From an uncultured Acidobacteriaceae bacterium (GTDB taxonomy: Bacteria > Acidobacteriota > Terriglobia > Terriglobales > Acidobacteriaceae), in NCBI GenBank assembly GCA_964248055.1, contig CAXTWN010000004.1, positions 1 to 57,691 of the forward strand: 57,691 nucleotides of DNA. The letters run 5' to 3'. The notes beneath the pieces are model-generated. The model did not search any database, was not told the origin of the DNA, and saw only the letters and a program-made list of their open reading frames with translations. The translations under genes were made by a program, and so were the position numbers. This document shows positions 43,433-53,351 of this stretch, piece by piece (positions within the stretch are counted from its first letter, which is position 1; every line of letters starts with the position of its first letter).

Positions 43433-43978
43433 TCAGTCCTTGTCAGGTGGCGGCGCGCAGGTCGACTGCGCCCGGAAGGCAGCGCGCGTGCCGCGGTGCA
43501 ATGTGGCCTGGATTGCAAGCTCGATGTTATTGCCAAGCGTCAGAGTATCGGGAGCGCCTTTGGTCTCAGTGACCCGCCCCTGCCACGGAAAGGCGCCCAG
43601 CGGCGGGGTGGTTCCCGGCGGCGTGGAGAACGTGCCGTCACTGTTGAAGTGTTGGATCTCGATCTGCATGGGGCGGGTGGTGCGCTCGCCGTTGACGCAG
43701 ACCTCGCCCTTGACCTCGATCCAGTCGAGATTGGGGCTGACGCGATAGGCGTGAAGGAAGAGCGTGCCGCCGGTATGGGGACCGGGCGTGTTGCCGTAGA
43801 TCGCGGGCTTGTAGGGGCCGTTGACGGTGAAGGTGCCCAGCCAGTCGCCGGGCAACTGCCGGGCAGTCTTCGGCGTACCGAGGTCAAGCGTGTGCATGAT
43901 CTGCGGGCCCCAGACGCACATCACAACGGTAAACGTGACGAGGAGGGCGACGCCCCAGCCGGATCTCCGGTAGGCCAT
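43433..43978 (-). CDS. Hypothetical N-anchored protein (paralogue B)
   Basis: One TM (WGVALLVTFTVVMCVWG); GDWLG...GNTPGPH...GERTTRP; stop 10 bp before paralogue A. Confidence 0.65.
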   Translation of the reverse strand: MAYRRSGWGVALLVTFTVVMCVWGPQIMHTLDLGTPKTARQLPGDWLGTFTVNGPYKPAIYGNTPGPHTGGTLFLHAYRVSPNLDWIEVKGEVCVNGERTTRPMQIEIQHFNSDGTFSTPPGTTPPLGAFPWQGRVTETKGAPDTLTLGNNIELAIQATLHRGTRAAFRAQSTCAPPPDKD

Positions 43979-44070
43979 ACCCCGTTCGATGCGAGCGCTT
44001 CCCACCGCGCTTCTGCGATTGGGCCCGCACCCCCCGATTGAGCGTACCCGAGCGACCTGCTGCAATGGCG

Positions 44071-44114
44071 CAAACAACAAAGAGGCAGCCGCACAATTCT
44101 GTGTGCGACTGCCC
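44071..44114 (-). terminator. Probable intrinsic terminator of the ferritin-like pair
   Basis: Minus strand GGCAGTCGCACA-loop-TGTGCGGCTGCC followed by TCTTTGTTGTTT, just after the 44132 stop. Confidence 0.65.
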
Positions 44115-44131
44115 CTGTCTGTTGAGTGCTC

Positions 44132-45253
44132 CTAGGCGATGTTGCCGTTCAGCGCAGCCGGGAAGAACCCGCCCTTGCCGGTGCCGCCCGCATACGCAAT
44201 CGCAAGCACCTGCGCCGGCGTGCGCGCCGTAGCCAGCGAACCGCCGCCGGTGCCGGGAGGCGCCGATACGGTGGTCACGCCGGTGGTGGCGTTGGTGCTC
44301 TCGCTTGCCGAGGTTGTCGACGCATTGACCAGACTGCTCGCCTCCGCGATGGCCAGGGGAGGATTGGTCGCGTTCACCTCGCTCGCAGGCAACAGACCGT
44401 TCAGCTCCACGAGCTGACCGCCCAGACCCAGGTCGTCGCCGCGTGGTGACGCCGTGGTTCCCGTGCCATCCAGTTGAGCCCGCACGCCGGAGATCCCCGT
44501 GGTGATCGTCGCCGCGGTTCCGGCCTTTCCAAAGGGACTGGCCAGCTGGTCAAGTGCCGAGATCGATGTGCGGATCAGGCCGTAGTGGTACGCTTCGGTG
44601 GCCTGCAGACCCGCAGCCGCGTTCAGGTTCGCCGACGCCGTCAAGAGCGCCGCCGTGCCTGTGTACGCCGTCACGCCCACCTCGAAGATGTACGCCCCGA
44701 GCAGGAAGTTCAGATCGCTCGCAAAGGGATCGAACGTCGTCTGCGTGATAGGCGTGGTGATCTTCTGGGCGGTAAAGAAGGCCAGCACCGCCGTCCACAG
44801 GGTGTTGAAGCTGTTATACAGATCGATGGCGGGCTGAGCGACGGCCAGCGACCCCAACTGCGTACGGATGAAGTTCACATGGTTCTGCTCGTCCTTGGCG
44901 ATCTCAGCGGCGTACCCCTGGATCAGGGTATTGGTGAACGGAACCTTGCACGCCGCCGGCCCGCCGGTCTTGGTGATCACCGTTCCCGGCGTTCCGGTCC
45001 CGGTGACGGCGATGCCTGCCCCCTCGAGCGTCTGCCCGCTCGAGGCCAGGGTGTAGAAGTTGCCCTCGAGGTACTCGAGGTTTAACGCAAAGTTCAGGTA
45101 ATCGTTGTCGGTGAGCGCGGGTGCTGTTGTGGTTTGCGCCTTGGCCACGGAGGTCAGGGCCAGTCCCGCCAGGGCCGCCCCGCCCAGCGTCATCATCCGC
45201 CGCCGGCTATTGGCGATCACTTCATCTACTTGCTGTGTCTCTAAAGTTGGCAT
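44132..45253 (-). CDS. Ferritin-like domain protein (Ferritin_2 / desiccation-related PCC13-62 type)
   Basis: LNFALNLEYLEGNFY, EIAKDEQNHV, FDPF, ATEAYH, GGFFP..LNG; SRRRMM twin-arginine-like motif followed by a hydrophobic stretch. Confidence 0.85.
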   Translation of the reverse strand: MPTLETQQVDEVIANSRRRMMTLGGAALAGLALTSVAKAQTTTAPALTDNDYLNFALNLEYLEGNFYTLASSGQTLEGAGIAVTGTGTPGTVITKTGGPAACKVPFTNTLIQGYAAEIAKDEQNHVNFIRTQLGSLAVAQPAIDLYNSFNTLWTAVLAFFTAQKITTPITQTTFDPFASDLNFLLGAYIFEVGVTAYTGTAALLTASANLNAAAGLQATEAYHYGLIRTSISALDQLASPFGKAGTAATITTGISGVRAQLDGTGTTASPRGDDLGLGGQLVELNGLLPASEVNATNPPLAIAEASSLVNASTTSASESTNATTGVTTVSAPPGTGGGSLATARTPAQVLAIAYAGGTGKGGFFPAALNGNIA

Positions 45254-45266
45254 GCTGTCTCCGTGC

Positions 45267-46193
45267 TTACGCTGTGGTCGCGGTGAAGTAACCGTTGAGG
45301 CCGTTCGGGAAAAAGGCTCCGCTCTTCACGCCCGCGCCGCCGCCCGTCCCATACACAATGTGCAGTACCTGGCTCGTGGATCGCGCATACCCAAGCGAGT
45401 TGCTGTCCGCCGCCACAATCGTCGTCGGGCTCAGCATGGTCTCCATGGGGCCGCCCAGACTGGCCCGCACAGCCGACACCGCGTTTGCAATGCCCACCAG
45501 CGAGGCACTCGTGCCCACGATCTGCGACCGGATCGAGGCCGCATGGTAGGCCTCGACCGCATGGATCTGGGCCGCCGCTGTCAGAATGGTCTTGCTGACC
45601 AGCAGCGGCGCCGCGCCGTGATATGCGGTAACGCCGACATCTTCAAAAATGAACGCGCCGATCAGGAAGTTGTCATAGCTCGAGAACGGATTGAAGGTGC
45701 TGCCCAACCCTGCCGCCATCGCCAGCGCATTGAAGCTGTTGGTGAGGTCGATCGCCGGCGCAGAGACCGCCGCGGTGCCCAGCGCGCTGCGCAAGAAGCG
45801 CACATGGTCCAGTTCGTTTTGCGCAACCTCGTTGATGTACTGCTGCTGCGTGGGTGATAATCCCGCTACCATCGCTCCGCCGGTTGTCTGGCTGGTCAGG
45901 TTGCCGGTGTCGCCTACGCTCAAACCAGAGCCTGTAGCCGCGCGGAGGTAAAACTCCGCTTCGAGATACTCCAGGTTTAGGGCGAAGTTCAGGATGTCCG
46001 AATCCTTGTACGCTCCGGTCGTTCCCGTGGTTCCCGTCGACCCCGTGGATCCGACCGGGCTGGGGGGCAACGGCAGCGTGTCGCCACCACTGCATCCTGT
46101 TACGAAAGCTCCAGCCGCCACCGCTCCTGCTCCGGCCATGAAGCCGCGGCGGGACAGCGCCTTATCTTCCAACTGCGTCAATTTACGTTCCAA
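45267..46193 (-). CDS. Ferritin-like domain protein (PCC13-62 type), probable Tat lipoprotein
   Basis: LNFALNLEYLEAEFY, EVAQNELDHV, FEDVGVTAY, AVEAYHA, FFPNGLNG; SRRGFM and VTGC lipobox. TTG 46193 after GGAGAG chosen as start (ORF open from 46223). Confidence 0.87.
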   Translation of the reverse strand: MERKLTQLEDKALSRRGFMAGAGAVAAGAFVTGCSGGDTLPLPPSPVGSTGSTGTTGTTGAYKDSDILNFALNLEYLEAEFYLRAATGSGLSVGDTGNLTSQTTGGAMVAGLSPTQQQYINEVAQNELDHVRFLRSALGTAAVSAPAIDLTNSFNALAMAAGLGSTFNPFSSYDNFLIGAFIFEDVGVTAYHGAAPLLVSKTILTAAAQIHAVEAYHAASIRSQIVGTSASLVGIANAVSAVRASLGGPMETMLSPTTIVAADSNSLGYARSTSQVLHIVYGTGGGAGVKSGAFFPNGLNGYFTATTA

Positions 46194-46324
46194 GGGAACA
46201 CTCTCCATGAGCGCGAAATGCACGACTGTTCTATACGGCTGAACACACTATCATTCCAAAACAACATCTGTAACTCTGTTTCTTCCTAAAGGGAGCAGAG
46301 CTCACGAGCCCTGCAATGATTCAG

Positions 46325-48031
46325 TCATTGCACCGTTTCTTTGTTTTCCTCCGTCACCTTGAGTACCTGATCCCCTGCCACGTCGTGCACTGTTTGCACC
46401 CTGCCGGACGGCCACCGGATCTCGACCGTCTCCGCCCGCGCGTCCCGGCCCAAACCAAAGTGCACCGGACCATCGCTGGAAGACGCATACCCCACGCTTG
46501 TGGTCATGTGGTTGTACTGCGTCCCGCTCTTGGTCACCACCTTGATCTGCGCGCCGATCCCATCGCGGTTACTCCTGGTTCCGCGCAGCTGCACCTCCAG
46601 CCAGTGCCCGCTCTTTTCACTGCGATTCATCCAGACCTCGGCATCCCGATCCAGTGCCGTGGCCACGACGTCCACACGCCCATCGCCGTCGAGGTCGCCG
46701 AACGCACAGCCGCGGTGCCGTCCACCCTGCGAGGCATCCAGCCCGGCCTCTCCCGTCAGCGCTACCCACTTCCCGGTTTTTCCGGGATTGCGAAAGACGG
46801 TGTTGTATTGGTCGATCTCGGCGCCCGGAACCGGCATCGCCTCCACATGACCACGCGTGACAAACAGATCCTTCCAGCCATCGTTGTCGAAGTCATAGAG
46901 CGCGGCACAGTACCCCGCCATCTTCATGCTGGCATCGCGCATGCCGGACGGCGTCGTGACATCGCGAAAGTCCCCCTTGCCCGTGTTCTCCAGCAGCGGA
47001 AAGGTCTGGTTGTTGAGCGCCACATACGCGATGTCCGGATAACCGTCATTGCTGAAGTCGCGGAAGTCGAGGCCCATCCCGGAGATGAAGCTGCCGTCCT
47101 CGGGCAACGCCACGCCGGCCTCAAACGCTACCTCCTCGAACTTGTTCCCGGTGTTATGAAAGAGCGAGTTATAACTGGCGTCGTTGGTCACAAACAGATC
47201 CGGCCGGCCATCCTGGTCATAATCCGCTACGCCTACGCCCATGCCCTTGCCGGGATGCTGGCGGATGCCCCAGGCCGCCGATACGTCGCGAAACGTGCCG
47301 TCACCGTTGTTTAAGAACAGCTGATTCGGCTGCGGTTTGTAGAAGCGTGGATGGCAGTAGTCGCCGACGCCCTTGAAAGAGCAGAGCGGCGCGGCGGTGT
47401 ACTTCCATTGCATATAGTTCACAACAAAAAGATCCAGCAATCCGTCGTTGTTGACGTCGACCCAGGCCGCTGCCACGCTCCACAGGGGCCCAAACTCCGG
47501 ATCGTTCGACGAGTTCAACCCCGCCTTCGCCGTCACGTCGGTGAAGGTGCCGTCGCCGTTGTTGTGGTAGAGCGTGTTCTTGTAGACCCCGGTGACGAAC
47601 AGGTCCGGGTGCCCGTCGTTGTCGAAGTCCGCCACCGCCACACCGATGTCGTATCCGGTGCCGGCCACGCCCGCGGTCGCGGTGACCTCTGTGTACTTCC
47701 CGTTGCCATCGTTCCGGAACAGCCGGTTGCGATACTTTGGATCATCCTTTTTCAACGTCGCAATGTTGGCGCCGTTGGTGAAGAAAATGTCGGGGCGGCC
47801 ATCGCCGTTGTAATCGAACATGGCGACACCTCCACCCATGGCCTCAGGCGCATTCTTTCCCGGAGTCTCATCGTCTTCAAAGTGAAAGGGAAGCTTCTTC
47901 AGATCGAAGTGGATGGGAGCCGGGGCGCTGCCCTGTGCGCTTTGTGCCCTCGCGTCCGGGCCCGCAGCACATAGCAACAGCAGAAGAAGTCCGAAGAAAC
48001 GATTCAGGCGTAACTCGCAATCAGGCCGCAA
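46325..48031 (-). CDS. CRTAC1-family protein 2 (FG-GAP repeats + ASPIC/UnbV), Sec signal
   Basis: DYNGDGRPDI, DFDNDGHPDL, NNGDGTFTDV, SNRDGIGAQI, VHFGLG, IRWPSG; signal FFGLLLLLLCAAG. Start uncertain. Confidence 0.9.
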   Translation of the reverse strand: MRPDCELRLNRFFGLLLLLLCAAGPDARAQSAQGSAPAPIHFDLKKLPFHFEDDETPGKNAPEAMGGGVAMFDYNGDGRPDIFFTNGANIATLKKDDPKYRNRLFRNDGNGKYTEVTATAGVAGTGYDIGVAVADFDNDGHPDLFVTGVYKNTLYHNNGDGTFTDVTAKAGLNSSNDPEFGPLWSVAAAWVDVNNDGLLDLFVVNYMQWKYTAAPLCSFKGVGDYCHPRFYKPQPNQLFLNNGDGTFRDVSAAWGIRQHPGKGMGVGVADYDQDGRPDLFVTNDASYNSLFHNTGNKFEEVAFEAGVALPEDGSFISGMGLDFRDFSNDGYPDIAYVALNNQTFPLLENTGKGDFRDVTTPSGMRDASMKMAGYCAALYDFDNDGWKDLFVTRGHVEAMPVPGAEIDQYNTVFRNPGKTGKWVALTGEAGLDASQGGRHRGCAFGDLDGDGRVDVVATALDRDAEVWMNRSEKSGHWLEVQLRGTRSNRDGIGAQIKVVTKSGTQYNHMTTSVGYASSSDGPVHFGLGRDARAETVEIRWPSGRVQTVHDVAGDQVLKVTEENKETVQ

Positions 48032-48046
48032 GAGCAGGGAGCTTTG

Positions 48047-48084
48047 CAGCAGGGGAGAGCGGCGACTGCCGTTCTCCCCTGCTG
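48047..48084 (-). terminator. Strong stem-loop after the receptor-2 stop
   Basis: CAGCAGGGGAGAGCGGC-GACT-GCCGTTCTCCCCTGCTG; no clear U-tail on the coding strand. Confidence 0.65.
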
Positions 48085-48101
48085 GCAGGGTGCCAAGAGC
48101 A

Positions 48102-51100
48102 CTAGAAGTAGAACTTGGCCGCGAGGGTGACAAACCGGGAGCCCGTCTTGAAGGCTGGCGTTCCGGTCGTCGCCGTGTTGGTGTTGGTGGCCGATTGCGA
48201 GTACACCGTGATCGGTGTTGTCGTAACCGAGCCGTCTTTGTTCACCGTCTTGGTGACGCAGCCGGCGCAGGTGGCGGCGGATTGGGCGGTGAAGTTCAGC
48301 GACTCGTCGCTGTTATTCGCCAGCCCGAACTGCCGGAGCGGGTGGTTCAGCCAGTTGGTGGCCGAAGCCCGGATTTCGATCCGCCGGCTTTCCGCGATCC
48401 GGAAGCTCTTGTAGATGCCCAGATCGCTATCCCAGTAGTTCGGCGCCCGCATGTACGGCAGGACGTCAGGTCCCTGCGTTCCATAAGCCGGCGTCGTGAA
48501 GCAGTTCGGGTTGAACCGCTGTCCCTTGGCGAGATTACGAGTCGGATTGCACGTCACAGCCGGAACCAGCACGTTGAACGCGTTGGTTCCAAACCAGGTA
48601 GAGGTGTTGACCGAAGTGGCATGCAGCCCGTTTGGCAATACGAAGCTGTTGTCCGGCAGGTTGGGGTTGTTCACCGTTGGCGTGGTAAGCCCGCTGGCGA
48701 AGGCGGTGTTCAGGTTGCCACCCAGAGCCGGCTGTAGCGGGGCACCGCTCTGGAAGGCGGTGTACCCGGAGGCCTGCCAGCCGTTCACTGCACCGGCTGC
48801 CAGGCGGGAGCCGAAGCCGCTGCCATGGATCGCGCTCGGCAGCCGCCACGTGTAGGTGAAGTTCAGGATGTTGGTGTGGTCGTACGCCAGTGGGCCGTAG
48901 TTGTTTTGGATCACGAACGGATCCACTGCGGTTCCGTTGCCGCTGCCGTTGTTGCTGCCGCCGTCCCGGATGCCCAGTACCTTGCTGAAGGTGTAGTTCG
49001 TGATGAACGTCACCGGCCCGGACTGCTTTTGGAACTGCGCCTGGAACCCGTTGTAGTTGGAATAGGGCGAATGGGTCAGCAGGTAGATGTTCGTGTAGGC
49101 CACCAGCGGACGGAAGTCGTTGTCGTTGACGCTCGCGGAGTAGGTCACCGGATCCTGCGCGCAGTAGATGGAAGGATTGTTGCCGCAGCCCGGAGCCGAG
49201 GGAGAGATGTACCGCCCGGTCAACGGATCCGGCTTGAACAGTCCGCCCACAGGGACGTTGTTCAGGTTCGCCAGATTGCTGTTGCCGCCGTCGAGGTACT
49301 CGTCCACGCTTCTGTTCCCAACCCACGAGAACTCCACGATGGAGCGCCACTTCAACGCCTGCGACACCGTCACGTTCCAGTCATTGGTGTAGGGCACGCG
49401 CTTGTCGCCCTGCTCCATCACGTAGACCGCGGAGCCGTTCTGCGCCACGCTGGAAGGCGGGGGACAGTTGTTGACGTTGTTGGTGTACCCCTTGAAGGCG
49501 CTGCAGGTGGTGTAGCCGAACGAACCAGCCGGCCCGTTCGCCGCGTTTCCGACTTCAGTACTCGCCTGGTAGTAATACGTGCCGTAGCCCGCGCGAAGCA
49601 CCGTTCTGCCTGTCCCGAAGAGGTCATACGCGAAGCCCAGACGGGGCGCGTACTCGAAGAGCTTCGAGGGGAAGCCGGACTGCGGGATACTGCTATCGAT
49701 ACCGTGCCAGGCGATGCCTGTGTTTGCAGGAGCGCTGGTGCTGTTGACGTACGTCGAGGGGTTCCAGACCTGGAAGTCCTGTCCGTACCACTGGCCCATG
49801 TGGTCAAAGCGCAGACCGTAGTTCAGCGTCAGCTTCTTGCTTGCCTTCCAGGAGTCCTGGGCATAGAGCGACCACTGGTGCCACTCGATGTTCTGCACCA
49901 CCTGCTTGTTCTGCTGCTGGTAGCTCGCGATATTGCCAAGCTCCAGATCGGCGACGTAATTGTTCGTCGAGATGTTGCTGCCGCCGAAGTTGTACTGGCC
50001 GTTGTCCGCCACGTTGCTGTTTTGCTGGTTGCGCTGCTCGTCCCAGTAGAAGCCGCCCTTGATGGTGTGATTGCCCACCACCTTGGTGAAGTTGTCATAG
50101 AAGGACGGAACCTCCTTCAGACCGCCAAAGGCGCCTGTGGAGAAGGGGTAGTTCGAAATGTTGGCCAGCGTTCCACCCCAGGGTCCTTCGAAGTTCGGGA
50201 TCTGGTCTGTGGTGTGCCCGAACAGCCCTGTGCCGGTGAAGCCGGTGCCACTGCGCGAAGCCGCGGTCGGGTTGCTCAGCTTGTAGGGGTTCACAAAGTG
50301 CGACCACGAGAACACGAACTCGTTGGTCGTGGTGGGATTGAAGACGTGCGTATAGTTCGCCAGGATGACGTAGGTCGTGGTCTCCGAAGCCGCCGGCGAG
50401 GGATAGGGCAGGGTCCAGGGCGCCGACCACCAGATGGAGATCGGGGCCTCGTCGCCTTCTTTCTGGAGGGTGTACGAGCCGGTCAGCTTATCGTTGTCGC
50501 TCAGCGCGTAGTCCAGCTTGCCGGTGGCCTCCCAGCGGTTCTGCGGGGTCTGCTGCACGTAAAGGTAGTTGTTGTACCCGTTGGCCGCCGAAGGCGTCTC
50601 GTTCGGCAGCGGGTAGTAGCCGAGCACGGCCTTGGCGTTTGGATCAAACGAGCTGGTTGGGATCGAGGTCGCACTGCCGCCGGTGGGGACGTTTGCGGAG
50701 AGCTGGCTGTAGAAGTTGGTCCAGGTGGTGAGCGCGGCAGCCGGGTACTCGGTATTGCTGAAGTCACCCGCGCGCTGCGCCGCGTTCGGGGTGTTGAAGT
50801 TGAGCGCCGACCCTGCCGGCTGCTGCTTCATGTACTCGTAGCCCGCCCAGAAGAAGAGCTTGTTGCGGTTGCTGTTGAACTTGGTGAACGGAAAGATCAC
50901 CGGGCCGCCTATGTTACCGCCCATGTAGTAGTAGCTCTGGGCTGCGTTGGTCAGGCCCTGACTCTTGGAATAGGCGTCCACCGTGTTCAGCGCGGCGTTA
51001 TGCGTGTAGATGTACGCTTCGCCGTGGAAGTGCTGGCCACCGGAGCGGCTGAACGCCTCAAAGATCACCGGTCCCTTTGCATACTCCGCGCCGTAGTTGG

Positions 51101-51857
51101 AGACCAGGACCTTGATGTTGCCCACCATGTCCGGGTTGATATTCGCGATCTGGGTACCGTCGTTACCCGGGTCAACCAGGTTGGCGCCGTCCAGCATGTA
51201 CGCCATGGTGCCGTAGGGCTGCGTGCCGTTGGAGGAGAACTCCCCCACCGGGCCCGAGTTCGATCCGACCGAACGGTCCGAGAAGCCGCCGCCCGAGCCG
51301 CTCGAGGATGGGTTCAGCGCCATGCCCGGCACGGTCTTCAGCAACTCGCCGGCGTCACGCCCGGCCAGCGGAAAGTCCTGAATCATCTGCTGGTTCAGCG
51401 AGGTGCTGATCTCAGCCGTATCGGTCGGCACCTGCACGTCGGCGCCGGCCACTACGTCCACGGTAGCCGTGTTACCGCCTACCGCAAGCTTGATGTTGGG
51501 CACATCGCGGGTGTCGCCCAGGCCCATCTGAATGCCCTTTTCTTCCCAGCTCGAGAAACCCGTAGCGGACACCGTGATCGAGTAGCTGGCGGGCTGGATG
51601 CCCGTAATGGCGAAGTGGCCCGCCTTGTCGGTCACCGAGGTTCTCTCGTCGCCGCTGGCCTCGTTTCTCAGAACGACGTTCGCTTTGGGGATGACGGCCC
51701 CGGACTGGTCATAGGCGGTGCCCGTCAGCGTGCCGGTCAGCTGCTGGGCTTTGCCACTCCATCCGGCCATCAGGAAAAGCAGCGCCAGCAGGAATACGAC
51801 CGCGTGACGCGAGGCCTTCCTGCTCCGCTGGCGGACGCTGGGTTGATCTTTGAACAT
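48102..51857 (-). CDS. Oar-type TonB-dependent outer-membrane receptor 2
   Basis: GTLTGTAYDQSGAVIP, PLAGRD, NYGAEY, GGNIGGP, YAQDSWK..LTLNYGLRFDH, APRLGFAYDLFG, NWLNHP, C-terminal KFYF; GGAGG RBS before ATG 51857. Confidence 0.92.
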   Translation of the reverse strand: MFKDQPSVRQRSRKASRHAVVFLLALLFLMAGWSGKAQQLTGTLTGTAYDQSGAVIPKANVVLRNEASGDERTSVTDKAGHFAITGIQPASYSITVSATGFSSWEEKGIQMGLGDTRDVPNIKLAVGGNTATVDVVAGADVQVPTDTAEISTSLNQQMIQDFPLAGRDAGELLKTVPGMALNPSSSGSGGGFSDRSVGSNSGPVGEFSSNGTQPYGTMAYMLDGANLVDPGNDGTQIANINPDMVGNIKVLVSNYGAEYAKGPVIFEAFSRSGGQHFHGEAYIYTHNAALNTVDAYSKSQGLTNAAQSYYYMGGNIGGPVIFPFTKFNSNRNKLFFWAGYEYMKQQPAGSALNFNTPNAAQRAGDFSNTEYPAAALTTWTNFYSQLSANVPTGGSATSIPTSSFDPNAKAVLGYYPLPNETPSAANGYNNYLYVQQTPQNRWEATGKLDYALSDNDKLTGSYTLQKEGDEAPISIWWSAPWTLPYPSPAASETTTYVILANYTHVFNPTTTNEFVFSWSHFVNPYKLSNPTAASRSGTGFTGTGLFGHTTDQIPNFEGPWGGTLANISNYPFSTGAFGGLKEVPSFYDNFTKVVGNHTIKGGFYWDEQRNQQNSNVADNGQYNFGGSNISTNNYVADLELGNIASYQQQNKQVVQNIEWHQWSLYAQDSWKASKKLTLNYGLRFDHMGQWYGQDFQVWNPSTYVNSTSAPANTGIAWHGIDSSIPQSGFPSKLFEYAPRLGFAYDLFGTGRTVLRAGYGTYYYQASTEVGNAANGPAGSFGYTTCSAFKGYTNNVNNCPPPSSVAQNGSAVYVMEQGDKRVPYTNDWNVTVSQALKWRSIVEFSWVGNRSVDEYLDGGNSNLANLNNVPVGGLFKPDPLTGRYISPSAPGCGNNPSIYCAQDPVTYSASVNDNDFRPLVAYTNIYLLTHSPYSNYNGFQAQFQKQSGPVTFITNYTFSKVLGIRDGGSNNGSGNGTAVDPFVIQNNYGPLAYDHTNILNFTYTWRLPSAIHGSGFGSRLAAGAVNGWQASGYTAFQSGAPLQPALGGNLNTAFASGLTTPTVNNPNLPDNSFVLPNGLHATSVNTSTWFGTNAFNVLVPAVTCNPTRNLAKGQRFNPNCFTTPAYGTQGPDVLPYMRAPNYWDSDLGIYKSFRIAESRRIEIRASATNWLNHPLRQFGLANNSDESLNFTAQSAATCAGCVTKTVNKDGSVTTTPITVYSQSATNTNTATTGTPAFKTGSRFVTLAAKFYF

Positions 51858-51978
51858 CGATTCCTCCGAAGTGCCTTCCAAGTACAAAAGTTCAAACTAG
51901 TGACCGGCAGACCGCACAGGACGCACGGGGTGCGCCGCGTTCGGGTCCGATCCTCGGGTGCTTTTTGGATCGCTCGCC

Positions 51979-52111
51979 TTGATACGCCTCGCGAAATAAC
52001 GGTGTCAACTCTTTTTTTTCCTCTCGGTTAAAAGAAGGGGTTCCCCTTGAACCTACCCCCCGGCAACCGCGCGCCCCGCAGTTGACACCCTTTGAATCGG
52101 TCTGGGATAGT
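51979..52111. promoter_or_regulatory. Back-to-back promoter candidates between receptor 2 and the TPR-cytochrome pair
   Basis: TTGACA on minus (52003-52008) and plus (52082-52087) strands around an A/T tract; the -10 boxes (TATCAA, GATAGT) are poor. Confidence 0.4.
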
Positions 52112-52238
52112 GGGCAAGGTCGCGGGTACGCGGCGCCGCGACGCGTGTACTGATCCGCGGCCGACCAGGCCGCCCCGCAGCCTCGGTCATGTCGGTTCGC
52201 CTTGCACGCTGAGAGGCGCGGGTCCCGCAGGAGAGCGC

Positions 52239-53351
52239 TTGTTTCGTCTATATCTAGGCCCGCTTCTTCTGCTCGTCAGCTTTGCGCTTGCCTCCGGCCA
52301 GACTGCCCCGTCCGACTCCGATCCTCTGCATGCCGCCGCTGCTGGCGCGCGCGATCGCGGCGATCTCCCCGGAGCCGTCGAGCTCTATCGGCAGGCCGTC
52401 GCCGCCGACCCACACTGGGCCGAAGGGTGGTGGTTTCTCGGCAACCTGGAGTACCGGCAGGATCACTTCCAGCCGGCCCAGGAGGCCCTCAGCCAGTACA
52501 TCGCGCTCAGCCCCAAGGCGGTCGCGGCGCTGGCCCTCCGCGGTTTGTGCGAGTACGAGAGCGGGGAGTTCCCGGAGTCCCTCGCCGACATCCAGCAGGC
52601 TATCTCGCTGGGCGCAGCCACCCAGCCCCGCAACGCCAAGATCCTCCTCTACCATGAGGCCCTGCTGCTCACCCGTCTCGGCCGCTTCGAGGAGGCCATC
52701 GCCAAATACACCGCCTTCGTGAAGGGTGGCGAAACCAATCCCGAGGTCGCCGTCGGCCTGGGTCTGGCCGGCCTGCGTCTTCCGGTCCTGCCCCAAAGCG
52801 CCTCCCCTGACGACCTCCGGCTGGCCGGGATGGCCGGCGAAGCCGGGTTCAAGATCATCGCCGAAGACACCGCGGCCGGCCGCGCCGCCTTCCAGCAGAC
52901 TCTTGCCGCGTATCCCAACCACCCCAACCTGCATTACTTCTGCGGGTATCTCATGCTCAGCAGCGATCCCGATCAGGCCATCGAGGAGATGCAGGAGGAG
53001 CTCGCCCTCGTTCCCGCCAACTCCCTCGCGCGCACCATGCTCGCCTGGACCCTGGAGCTGCGCGGCGACTTCCCGGCAGCGCTCCCCGTTGCCCGGCAGG
53101 CGGTGGCCGAGGCCCCCAGCTCACCGACCAATCAGCTCGTCATGGGCCGCGCGCTGCTCGAAGCCGGCGACACCAAGGCCGCCCTTCCCTATCTTGACCG
53201 CGCCCTCGCCGCCGATCAGAACAATGTGGAAGCTCACATGAGTCTCGCGAAGGCCTACTCCGAGCTGGGTCGCAAGGACGAGGCCCATCAACAGCGCGTG
53301 CTCTGCCTGCAGCTGGCCAGCAAGGACCTCCCCGGCCTTGGCGCCCAGTAG
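52239..53351 (+). CDS. Secreted tetratricopeptide repeat protein, divergent from receptor 2
   Basis: Signal LGPLLLLVSFALASG; TPRs (AVAADPHWAEGWWFLG, ALAADQNNVEAHMSLAKAYSELG). TTG start after AGGAGAG. Confidence 0.85.
   Translation: MFRLYLGPLLLLVSFALASGQTAPSDSDPLHAAAAGARDRGDLPGAVELYRQAVAADPHWAEGWWFLGNLEYRQDHFQPAQEALSQYIALSPKAVAALALRGLCEYESGEFPESLADIQQAISLGAATQPRNAKILLYHEALLLTRLGRFEEAIAKYTAFVKGGETNPEVAVGLGLAGLRLPVLPQSASPDDLRLAGMAGEAGFKIIAEDTAAGRAAFQQTLAAYPNHPNLHYFCGYLMLSSDPDQAIEEMQEELALVPANSLARTMLAWTLELRGDFPAALPVARQAVAEAPSSPTNQLVMGRALLEAGDTKAALPYLDRALAADQNNVEAHMSLAKAYSELGRKDEAHQQRVLCLQLASKDLPGLGAQ

Noticed and set aside
46230-46260. ECF-like promoter (GGAAT-N15-CGTA) before the ferritin-like pair
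   Set aside because: Spacing and match too loose for a single instance.
48255-48275. CAGC motif near the receptor-2 C-terminus as a heme site
   Set aside because: No following His; more likely a loop disulfide.
48825-52031. 1068-aa plus-strand ORF
   Set aside because: Antisense shadow of receptor 2, expected from high-GC codon bias; V/R/G-rich with no motifs.
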